Shown: one piece after another, positions 30,604 through 39,498 of the stretch
How the letters are laid out: each line of letters begins with the position of its first letter
How positions within the stretch are numbered: position 1 is the first letter of the stretch
Assembly (NCBI RefSeq): GCF_036917235.1
Contig: NZ_JBALDU010000068.1
Span: 3,953-67,952 of the forward strand
Origin: Nostoc sp.
Lineage (GTDB): Bacteria > Cyanobacteriota > Cyanobacteriia > Cyanobacteriales > Nostocaceae
Direction: 5' to 3'
Length of the DNA: 64,000 nt
Position numbers and translations under genes: made by a program
Notes under the pieces: generated by a model
Seen by the model: only the letters and a program-made list of their open reading frames with translations
Databases searched by the model: none
Told to the model about the DNA's origin: nothing

Positions 30604-31386
30604 TTAGTTAATAAACCATTCAATTGTTAGCTCAAAAAGTTCTTGTTGATGGAATGGAAAAGAATGATGCGCTCCTTCTATTACCTGTAATTTTGGTGGT
30701 TTATTAGAAGTCATTTGTGCTTGCTCTACTAATTGCTTTACCTCTTGTAATGGAACTGTTGCATCTTCAGTTCCATGAATAATTAACAAGGGCTGATTAG
30801 CTTGCTCAACCTCTTTTAACATATCAAGCTCAAAAGATTGCTTAAGAATTTCAGGGCCACAGGTCATAAGTTCTCCGTGGTAGAGAAATTCTGATTCATC
30901 ACCCTCTTCTAAAAGAGAAAATGAATCTTCTCCAATCAATCGCATAACAGTGCCTGACAAATCAGTAAATGGTGCCCATGCAACGGTCTTATATATCTCT
31001 GAATTTCTCGCACTTTCTCGGATAACAGTTACTGCACCTAAGCAATGTCCTACTAATCCAATTGCGTTTGGGTCAACACCATCTATCTTCTTAACTAAAT
31101 CAATTGCAGCTTCTAAATCTTCTAATTCTCTATCTAAAGTTAGGTCTACTAAATCACCATCACTATCACCTGAACCTGTAAAATCAAATCTAAATACTGA
31201 TAAATTATGTTTCACAGCATAGCGAGCAAATTCTACAAAGCGCCGACTTCCACCAATCTTAGTACCTGCAAATCCATGACATACAATTAAACACGGTCTG
31301 GGTTGATTGACTTGCCCATAATGCATAACACCCACAAGGTTTTGCCCACGCTTATTTTGAAAAACAAATGCTTCCATGTTTGACAT
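30604..31386 (-). CDS. Alpha/beta hydrolase with Cys nucleophile
   Basis: CHGF, RFDFTGSGDS, GHCLG elbow, HGTEDATV, GAHHSF. Confidence 0.88.
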   Translation of the reverse strand: MSNMEAFVFQNKRGQNLVGVMHYGQVNQPRPCLIVCHGFAGTKIGGSRRFVEFARYAVKHNLSVFRFDFTGSGDSDGDLVDLTLDRELEDLEAAIDLVKKIDGVDPNAIGLVGHCLGAVTVIRESARNSEIYKTVAWAPFTDLSGTVMRLIGEDSFSLLEEGDESEFLYHGELMTCGPEILKQSFELDMLKEVEQANQPLLIIHGTEDATVPLQEVKQLVEQAQMTSNKPPKLQVIEGAHHSFPFHQQELFELTIEWFIN

Positions 31387-31405
31387 CTTTTTTCTGCTAT
31401 AAATT

Positions 31406-31831
31406 TCAATGCTTCAGACATATTGCAATTGCGATCGCCGTTGCATAATCTTTTTCATGGCTAATACTTACATCCAAATGATGAGCTGCAATATTTTGCC
31501 AAAAAGGAAGAGCAGTTTCATATAAAAAAACAATTGGTTTTCCAGAACTATTGTGTAATATTTCTATGTCAACCAATTCAATTTGACTAATGCCACTTTC
31601 CAAAACCTTTATAATTGCTTCTTTACAAGCGAATTTTCCTGCTAATCGTTGAAGTCGATGATTCTCATTTGGAAGAGTTAAAACATCTTTCCATTCTTGT
31701 TCTGTTAACCAAACTCCTATTGGTGCATCCGCTAAGTCTTTTATATCTTTGATAGAGATAAAATCTATTCCAGTTTTGACTTGAATTGGTGACTGGGCAG
31801 AAGACGCACAAATTTTGTCTTTTAGAAACAT
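31406..31831 (-). CDS. acpS: AcpS-type holo-ACP synthase
   Basis: GID, AGKFACKEAIIK, GKP, SISHE motifs; 141 aa. Confidence 0.88.
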   Translation of the reverse strand: MFLKDKICASSAQSPIQVKTGIDFISIKDIKDLADAPIGVWLTEQEWKDVLTLPNENHRLQRLAGKFACKEAIIKVLESGISQIELVDIEILHNSSGKPIVFLYETALPFWQNIAAHHLDVSISHEKDYATAIAIAICLKH

Positions 31832-31864
31832 TTGATTTTTGTTTTGTGATGTGTAAACTACCCT

Positions 31865-32863
31865 CTAGCAAACAAACGATTTGTCCCAGCGAATTAGACT
31901 TGCTCCACAAGTCAGCCCTGCGCCAAACCCAACCATCATCACATAGTCGCCTGTGACAATTCTCCCTTCTTGAACAGCATCAAATAAAGCAAGTGGAATT
32001 GAAGCAGCAGAGGTATTTCCATATTTATGAAGGTTGCACATGAAACGTTCAAATGAAATTCCCAAATATACAGCAACTTCTTCAATAATGTGAATGTTAG
32101 CCTGATGAGGAATAATCAGCTGAATATCTTCAACAGAAATATTTGCTTTATTGCAGGTATCGGTGATGGTATCGCATACCATTGGTACTACAACCTGAAA
32201 TAATTCTTCCCCATTCATTTTCAGAAAATGCTGCCTATTTTTGACAGTTTGAATTGAAGTTGGAAGTGTAGTACCCCCAGCAGGCATATACAACAGATGT
32301 TTACCTGAACCATCAGCACGCAGCACAGAAGCTAAAAAACCATTTTCTTCTTGCCCTGACTCAAGCAAAACTGCTCCTGCACCATCTCCAAACAGCACAC
32401 ATGTAGAACGGTCTTGCCAATCTATACATCTGGAGAGAACTTCTGCCCCTATAACCAAGGCATTACGAACTGTACCAGTTTTGATAAACTGTGCTGCTGT
32501 TTCTAGACCATAGACAAATCCTGAACAGGCCGCAGATATATCAAAGGCAAAGGCATTCAAAGCTCCTATATTATTCTGCACCTGACAAGCAACTGATGGA
32601 AATGGTGTATCAGGCATCATAGTTGCGACTAGAATCATTTCTACTTCTAATGATTCGATACCGCGTTTATCCAACACCTGTTTTGCAGCAGCTGTTGCTA
32701 AAGTAGATGTGCTTTCTTCAGGAGAAGCAATTCGCCGTTGAACTATCCCAGTTCTAGTACGAATCCACTCATCAGACGTATCCACTATTTTAGCTATCTC
32801 ATGGTTTGTCATGATCTGAGTAGGTAGGTAAACTCCTAAAGCAGATAACTTTACAGGTATCAA
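31865..32863 (-). CDS. fabH: Beta-ketoacyl-ACP synthase III (second copy)
   Basis: WIRTRTGI, AACSGF (Cys), PHQAN (His), GNTSAAS (Asn), GFGAGL. Confidence 0.95.
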   Translation of the reverse strand: MIPVKLSALGVYLPTQIMTNHEIAKIVDTSDEWIRTRTGIVQRRIASPEESTSTLATAAAKQVLDKRGIESLEVEMILVATMMPDTPFPSVACQVQNNIGALNAFAFDISAACSGFVYGLETAAQFIKTGTVRNALVIGAEVLSRCIDWQDRSTCVLFGDGAGAVLLESGQEENGFLASVLRADGSGKHLLYMPAGGTTLPTSIQTVKNRQHFLKMNGEELFQVVVPMVCDTITDTCNKANISVEDIQLIIPHQANIHIIEEVAVYLGISFERFMCNLHKYGNTSAASIPLALFDAVQEGRIVTGDYVMMVGFGAGLTCGASLIRWDKSFVC

Positions 32864-33237
32864 ATTGACCTCCCACTTGACAATCGAATATTAGGTTTAC
32901 CATCCACTAGAGTTAGTAGAAGACAGCTCTTACCACTAGTTTCAGAGTCCCAACAGTAAATTGGAATGCCAGAGTGCTGTGAAAAGTCTGCTGTTACTTT
33001 TTGTAATTCGTCAAAGTTAACACTTTTAACTTTAACTAGCTTGGTTCTTAAAACAGCTTCTGCAAGGATGAATACGGAGCCAATCTCACTTAAATCTCTA
33101 TTTTTAAGTGAAATATTATTGCCAGATTTTAATTCATCCACTTCTCTATCAGAAATTTCTAAGCCAAGAATGTTAACTGCTTTTTTAATATCGCAAGTCT
33201 CTAAATTTAGCTTGGATTTCGGCATAGAGCTATTCAT
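32860..33237 (-). CDS. Orphan 125-aa protein, stop overlapping the fabH start (ATGA)
   Basis: Uninterrupted ORF in AT-rich DNA with a 4-bp overlap. Confidence 0.65.
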   Translation of the reverse strand: MNSSMPKSKLNLETCDIKKAVNILGLEISDREVDELKSGNNISLKNRDLSEIGSVFILAEAVLRTKLVKVKSVNFDELQKVTADFSQHSGIPIYCWDSETSGKSCLLLTLVDGKPNIRLSSGRSI

Positions 33238-33798
33238 TCTGTGATTTCCTACAAAGGTGGTAGAGTTAATTTAAGAATTTATACAAGTTAAAAAATTAAT
33301 TTTGACTTGTACAAATCCTGCTATTTACTACTATCAAATTATCAGAGCTTATTTCGAAAATTATGCAATTTAATAAATAAGTTTCTAAGAGTTGCTGATC
33401 TGAAAGTTTGACAAAATATGTGAAACATTTGAAATAGGGGAATGTGACAGTTTTAATGTAAAAAAAGGGCGTTGCCGAATCAAAAGATAAATTAGGCGTA
33501 GCCCATTGTATACATCACTTCCAATCAGATAGGTCGGTACGTCTTGAAATGTTGTGTATTGAAAATGAAAAAACCTAGAATCAAGTTTTGTTACCACTCC
33601 CATTGCGAGTGTTGCGGCGTTGATGTAGCGTCAGACCTTACGCTTAAGACTTGTTTTTAGCGCTAGTCTCCACGCGATCGCTACAAAAACGCCGTTACGT
33701 TAAACCAAAATACAACGGTGGATATTGCTGAGACACCCTTTTGTGGTTTTATTAAAGTCTCAGCTTTTTTGCACCTTTTTCAATCTGTCAAACTCAGG

Positions 33799-34953
33799 TT
33801 AAACAAAAGAGAACTGGCTGGTATTATTGAGATTGAAATTTGTAGCGACTTGTCCTTCAATTAAACCTATAAGTTCAGGAAGAATGTTTGAAGTGCCAGC
33901 AAAGTATATAGATGTCCCACTTGGAAGGCTGCCAAAAGATTGAACCAATAAATAATCTGATGCCGAACCTTTGAGTTCGATAGTATCCAAACCAGACTGA
34001 AAGTCTTTGATAAGCGCGAAATCTTGATCTCCAATGGATGATGGATTGCCGTCATTGTAGTAAACAGCATTCTTATCACCTAGAACGAAAGTATCTCTTG
34101 CTTGACCGCCTGTAAGAACGTCAATTTCACCCTTTCCAAGGCCAAAACTAGCAACAACGGGATTGACACCAATTAGTCTGTCTGCTCCCGCACCACCATT
34201 CAAGGTATCGCTTCCACTATCACCTTCGAGGGTATCATTGCTATCAGCACCAGCCAAAATGTCATTATCACTACCACCAGCCAACAAATCGTTGCCTTTA
34301 CCACCATCGAGATTATCATTCCCGACATCACCATTTAAAAAGTCTACGCCATCATTTCCCAACAGTACGTCGTTACCTACATCGCCAAAAATGCGATCGT
34401 CTCCTTTAGCACCGACTATAAAATCGTTACCGATTCCACCATTAAGCCTATCGTTACCACCTCCACCAGTAACAGTGTCATCCCCAGCACCAGTATAAAG
34501 AAGGTCGTTACCGTCACCTGCATCAATCACGTCAGTGCCATCACCGCCATAGATAATGTCATTGCCAGCCTCACCAAAAACTATGTTCAACTTACCTTCA
34601 AGATAAATAGTATCGTTGCCAGAACCACCATTGATAGTATCGTTGCCAAGTCCAGATTTGATGACATCGTCACCGTTTCCACCTGCAAGAAGGTCGTTTC
34701 CTGCACCACCATCTATAAAATCATTACCATCTTGCCCATTAACCAAATCATTGCCATCACCCGCATCAATAGAGTCGTCCCCTTCTTCTGAAGGAATAAT
34801 ATCGTTCCCACTACCTGCAATAATTAAGTCGTTCCCAGATCCAGTCAGGATCAGGTCATCACCTCCAAGGGCAACAACAGTGATATCATTCTGTGAGTCT
34901 ATCAGTTGGATAGAATCATTTCCTTGAGTTCCGGTAACAAATTGGCTTGCCAT
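33799..34953 (-). CDS. RTX calcium-binding protein
   Basis: About 20 GGxGxD repeats; DTFVLGD...DFALIKDF C-domain. Confidence 0.9.
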   Translation of the reverse strand: MASQFVTGTQGNDSIQLIDSQNDITVVALGGDDLILTGSGNDLIIAGSGNDIIPSEEGDDSIDAGDGNDLVNGQDGNDFIDGGAGNDLLAGGNGDDVIKSGLGNDTINGGSGNDTIYLEGKLNIVFGEAGNDIIYGGDGTDVIDAGDGNDLLYTGAGDDTVTGGGGNDRLNGGIGNDFIVGAKGDDRIFGDVGNDVLLGNDGVDFLNGDVGNDNLDGGKGNDLLAGGSDNDILAGADSNDTLEGDSGSDTLNGGAGADRLIGVNPVVASFGLGKGEIDVLTGGQARDTFVLGDKNAVYYNDGNPSSIGDQDFALIKDFQSGLDTIELKGSASDYLLVQSFGSLPSGTSIYFAGTSNILPELIGLIEGQVATNFNLNNTSQFSFV

Positions 34954-35315
34954 TTTTGCTTTTACCTCTTATAAATTGCTATTGAGAGTTATGAGAATTT
35001 ACGAATTTAAGCCACTAGGGTGGGAATATTTAAATTCGTCAATATTGATAACAACAGACAATAATTGCCCTATTAAAATTCCACTTGATGCAGATAAATC
35101 TAGTAGCCTTAGAGCTACACCTATAGACATTGCATTGCTTAAAAATAAATCAAGAAACTTGCTAGATTTACAGCACTGATTAACGGAGAATTACTATTAT
35201 GGAATTGAGCTATTCCTTTGAAAAAACAAAAACTAAATTAAGAGCAGTAATAAGCAATGCTAACCGTGTAATTTTGAATTAACTATATTTTAGAATTGTT
35301 TACTATGGCGAAATG

Positions 35316-35464
35316 CTGATTACAAAATTACAATAGCATAACTTAACATGGCTATTCAAGTAAGATTTGGCTATTCATAATCGCGCATAAATAACTTACT
35401 TGTTTTAGAGGCTAATTACGTCTTTAAAAAGATGTTAAATTAGGGATTTATAGAATATTAATAG
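35316..35464. repeat. About 150-bp direct repeat, copy 1
   Basis: Aligns with 38856-39003. Confidence 0.85.
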
Positions 35465-35819
35465 ATTATAATTAGGTTTAAAGTTGTAAAAATAATATTA
35501 ATTATTAAAATAAAAATTATGTCAGCCCTCGTTAGATAGAGTTAGTCGCGTTCATTCCTTCCCCAATTAGAGCAGCTGTCTAAAGAATGGACGCTCTATG
35601 ACTGCGGACTGGGTACTAGTAAAGAAAGTATGAGTAAACTTTGGTTAAAGTCTGAATCCCTATTAAAATGTTCAAGAATATGCAGTGAAACCATTCTCTA
35701 ATCCCCACTTCAACTTACGAATTTTCATTTGGCATGGAATAGAAACACCTCACAAACTCTATAAAAGAATTTGTAAGGTGTTTCTAAAGCCAAAATCCAT
35801 CAGTGAGTTTATAAGTGTA

Positions 35820-36776
35820 CTACTTTGGTTTATGTGCTGCCACTGTTGGAAATATACGTGCATTATCATAAACAAAGTTTATGTCATCAAATCCAGCTGT
35901 TTCTAGTTGTACTTTTGTAGTGGAACAACTTCTAAAACATCTCCACTTGGAATTTAAAATATCAGCAAAAATGATATTTTCTTGTAGTAGATTATTTTGA
36001 TCTATGCGGTTTATATCTCTCTCTGATTTAGAGTCTATATCTAAGGGTGGTGTTAAAAAGCTAGTTACTAATAACCCACCTGGAGCCAACGCTTTGAAAA
36101 ACTGATGATACAATTGTGTAACTTTATTATCATCAGCTTCATAAATATTTAAACCGTTACTAGTTAATAAGTTAAATTTGTTTTCAAAGGGTAGATTCCA
36201 TGCATCTTCTTGAAAGAACTCAACTTTAGCAGATAAAGTGTATTGTTTTGCTAATTCTTTAGCACCATTAAGCATATTTGGATCAATATCGATTCCAATC
36301 AAACGGAAATTATTTATTCCCGTAAAATCCAAACTTAATAAATCTCTCATAAAACCACAAGGCAAAGAAGCTAAAACTGTTCCCTCTCGAACATATTTTT
36401 GAATAATTTTAGTGAAATGCACAGACCTTTCCTGTGTGGCAAGAAAGCTTGGACATTTATCAAAAAGTGTCTTTTCAATTTCTGTAAAATGACGACCTTG
36501 TGGATCAATACCACTAATTCTCCCTGTATACGGATGACAAATCATGTAATCTGCCCAATCCCCGTCTAATCCTTGATTTTTTAATAAAAATTGACCATAA
36601 GGACAATCAGCTAATTCGTCCACAATTATTAATTGTTTTTCAACGCTAACATGGGGTTTATCTCCTGCTCGACGAATTCTTTCTTTAATAGTTTCTACAG
36701 TTTGTTCGAGTGTTTCATCTTTATAACCATGTGAAAGAATACGTTGATCATTGAGATATTTAGATTGGCTAGTCAT
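35820..36776 (-). CDS. Class I SAM-dependent methyltransferase
   Basis: ASLPCGFMRDLL motif I variant, GIDID, LAPGGLLV. Confidence 0.85.
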   Translation of the reverse strand: MTSQSKYLNDQRILSHGYKDETLEQTVETIKERIRRAGDKPHVSVEKQLIIVDELADCPYGQFLLKNQGLDGDWADYMICHPYTGRISGIDPQGRHFTEIEKTLFDKCPSFLATQERSVHFTKIIQKYVREGTVLASLPCGFMRDLLSLDFTGINNFRLIGIDIDPNMLNGAKELAKQYTLSAKVEFFQEDAWNLPFENKFNLLTSNGLNIYEADDNKVTQLYHQFFKALAPGGLLVTSFLTPPLDIDSKSERDINRIDQNNLLQENIIFADILNSKWRCFRSCSTTKVQLETAGFDDINFVYDNARIFPTVAAHKPK

Positions 36777-37037
36777 TTTTACGTACCTACTCTAAAGAAG
36801 TGTAATGTGTATATACTTGTTGTTTGCGGCTTATGCTCTGAGAGCTTTTTTACTGCGTGCCGCAATGTTGCGAATTTGTTGAAAGGATTGAGGTTGACGT
36901 AGGCAGGGGATAAATTGTGTAATTAAGTCTGCTCAAATTATTTATCTCTGGGAATTTTACGGTTTATCACTCACCAATTTAACTTGAGCTTTTATTAGTC
37001 CAAGACATCAGCAATTTAGCTTTGATAGTCTCTTTAT

Positions 37038-38531
37038 TTAGAGTTTAATTGTGACAGTCTTGATTTCAGTATATTCCTGAAGTCCGTACTCACCCAGTTC
37101 TCTGCCAATCCCAGATTGCTTAAACCCACCAAAAGGGGCAGCTGCGTCGAATATTTCATAGCAATTAACCCAAATAGTTCCAGCCCGTACATTATTTATA
37201 ATTGCATGAGCTTTAGAGATATCCTTAGTCCATACTCCTGCAGCTAGCCCATAAATTGTTGCATTTGCTCGCTGTATTACTTCGTCTATGTCTTTAAATT
37301 TGATAATGCTCATAACTGGCCCAAAAATTTCCTCTTGGGCAATCTTCATATAGTCTTGAACATCAGCAAAAACCGTAGGCTCTATGAAAAATCCATTATT
37401 ACCTACTTGACTACCACCACATAACAGCCGAGCACCTTCGGATATACCCGACTCAATGTAGCTTACTACTTTATTAAGTTGCATTTGATCTATCACTGGA
37501 CCTTGTTCTACTTTTGCATCAAATGGGTTCCCAACAATACGTTGCTTAGCTCGTTCAACACTCTTAGCAACAAACTCGTCGTAGCATTTCTCTTCAACAA
37601 ATAGCCTAGATCCCGCAGCACAACACTGCCCTTGGTTGAAAAACAGAGCGGAATGTGCCCCTTCAATTGCTTGATCCATATCGGCATCAGCAAAGACAAT
37701 ATTAGGACTTTTACCACCCATCTCTAGTGTTACACGCTTAAGGTTGCTCTTAGCGGCAGCTTCCATAACTAAGCGTCCTACTTCAGTCGAGCCAGTAAAA
37801 GCAACCTTATCGATATCTGCATGCCTTGCGATCGCAGCACCAGCAGTTGGCCCATAGCCTGGCAGAATATTAACGACACCTGGGGGAAAACCCGCTTCAA
37901 CGATTAGCTCACCCACTCGAAGCGCTGTTAAAGGTGTCTGTTCAGCAGGCTTGAGAACAACTGTATTGCCTGCTGCTAAAGCTGGTGCAAGCTTCCATGC
38001 TTGCATTACTAATGGAAAGTTCCAAGGAATAATCTGACCAATAACTCCGATTGGTTCATGTCTGGTATAGCTGAAAAACGGACTATTGGTTGAGAGAGTT
38101 TTACCCTGAATCTTATCAGCCCAGCCTGCGTAGTAGCGATAGCAGGCAATAGTCAGCGGTAAGTCAATATTAAGTGAATCTGTCAACGGTTTACCGTTGT
38201 CGAGAGTTTCAAGCCTTGCTAGCTCATCTGCATGTTCTTCTATCAAATTAGCTAATCTATATAACAATTTGCCACGATTACTACTAGACATAGTGGCCCA
38301 TTCCCTGGATTCAAAAGCAGTACGAGCAACTTTAACTGCTCGATCAACATCGCGAACATCAGCCTCGGCAATCTCGCAAATGATTTCGCCAGTAGCTGGA
38401 TTAATTGTCTTGAATGTTTTGCCAGAAATACTATCGATCCACTCGTTGTTAATGAGCAGTTTAGTAGTTCTGATTTTGAGGTACTGCTCCGGTTTTGATT
38501 CTGTTAACATGAAAAATTTCCTCGTATTCAA
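37038..38531 (-). CDS. NAD-dependent aldehyde dehydrogenase
   Basis: [41 protein letters not shown]. Confidence 0.95.
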   Translation of the reverse strand: MNTRKFFMLTESKPEQYLKIRTTKLLINNEWIDSISGKTFKTINPATGEIICEIAEADVRDVDRAVKVARTAFESREWATMSSSNRGKLLYRLANLIEEHADELARLETLDNGKPLTDSLNIDLPLTIACYRYYAGWADKIQGKTLSTNSPFFSYTRHEPIGVIGQIIPWNFPLVMQAWKLAPALAAGNTVVLKPAEQTPLTALRVGELIVEAGFPPGVVNILPGYGPTAGAAIARHADIDKVAFTGSTEVGRLVMEAAAKSNLKRVTLEMGGKSPNIVFADADMDQAIEGAHSALFFNQGQCCAAGSRLFVEEKCYDEFVAKSVERAKQRIVGNPFDAKVEQGPVIDQMQLNKVVSYIESGISEGARLLCGGSQVGNNGFFIEPTVFADVQDYMKIAQEEIFGPVMSIIKFKDIDEVIQRANATIYGLAAGVWTKDISKAHAIINNVRAGTIWVNCYEIFDAAAPFGGFKQSGIGRELGEYGLQEYTEIKTVTIKL

Positions 38532-38855
38532 AAGAGTTTTAGACCCGTAAAAAATTAATTTAGGTAAATTCAGGACATAAATACTATCCTTTTAACTCAA
38601 ATTACTTCTCTATCAAGCTAGTACAAAGATAGGATTAAGATGTTTCACACATAGTCAAGAAAAGTAATTTTAAATTGGCTAGATGATTTAGCCAAAATTC
38701 TATTTGCTATAACCTACAAAGTTAAGCTACTTTTAAAACTTTTGTTGAGAACATGATTGTTTCCTTTTTCTAGGAATGCTCATCTAATTATGGCTTGAGC
38801 AGTTGTTATATTACCTGAATCATTAAGTTTGGTATTGCTTATTCTCGTGTAATTA

Positions 38856-39003
38856 CTGATTACGAAATTACAATAACATAATTAAAATGGCTATTCAAGT
38901 AAGATTTGACCATTGTAATCGCGCATAAATAACTTACTTGTTTTTGAAGCTAGTTGCTTTTCGAGAAAGATGTCATAGTAGGGATTTATAGAAATATTAG
39001 TAG
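38856..39003. repeat. About 150-bp direct repeat, copy 2
   Basis: Aligns with 35316-35464. Confidence 0.85.
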
Positions 39004-39013
39004 AAGACAATTT

Positions 39014-39224
39014 CAGTAGATCGAAAAGTTTTCCATAAGCCTTACCAGTCCTTGATTTCCGCTTGGATATACCAAAAGCCGAAATCAGCTTGTAATTTGC
39101 GTTTCAAGAACTTTTGTTTTGGGTGGACTTCAGAGCGATCGCAACTGGCTATGATTGCCAGTTTCAAAACCGACGGCTGAAACCCTCATTCTTTCGTCAA
39201 CTTCCAAAAGTTTTCGATCTACTG
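39014..39224. mobile_element. 211-bp MITE with TIRs and 5-bp target duplication
   Basis: CAGTAGATCGAAAA ... TTTTCGATCTACTG, flanked by AATTT on both sides. Confidence 0.8.
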
Positions 39225-39498
39225 AATTTGGTTGGAATTGCAAAAAATGATATTGAATGTTAAAGTAGCAATTATGTTCATTGTTTTCAGATAAAATTAA
39301 AATCAAAAATATCTATAGATTGATTTGACAATATTATCCACTTGAGAAGATATCGCTGATTAAGTAAAATTTATTGCTCAAATATTCACTATAAGTTGCA
39401 TGAGTGGTTATGATTTATACATAACTACTCATACAACTATAACTAATTCGATCTGTATAGTTTTTATTCCCTGTTAATTTCAAATAGTTTGCTTACTT

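Noticed and set aside
33385-33603. 72-aa ORF upstream of the cluster
   Set aside because: No recognisable motif or RBS; probably chance in AT-rich intergenic DNA
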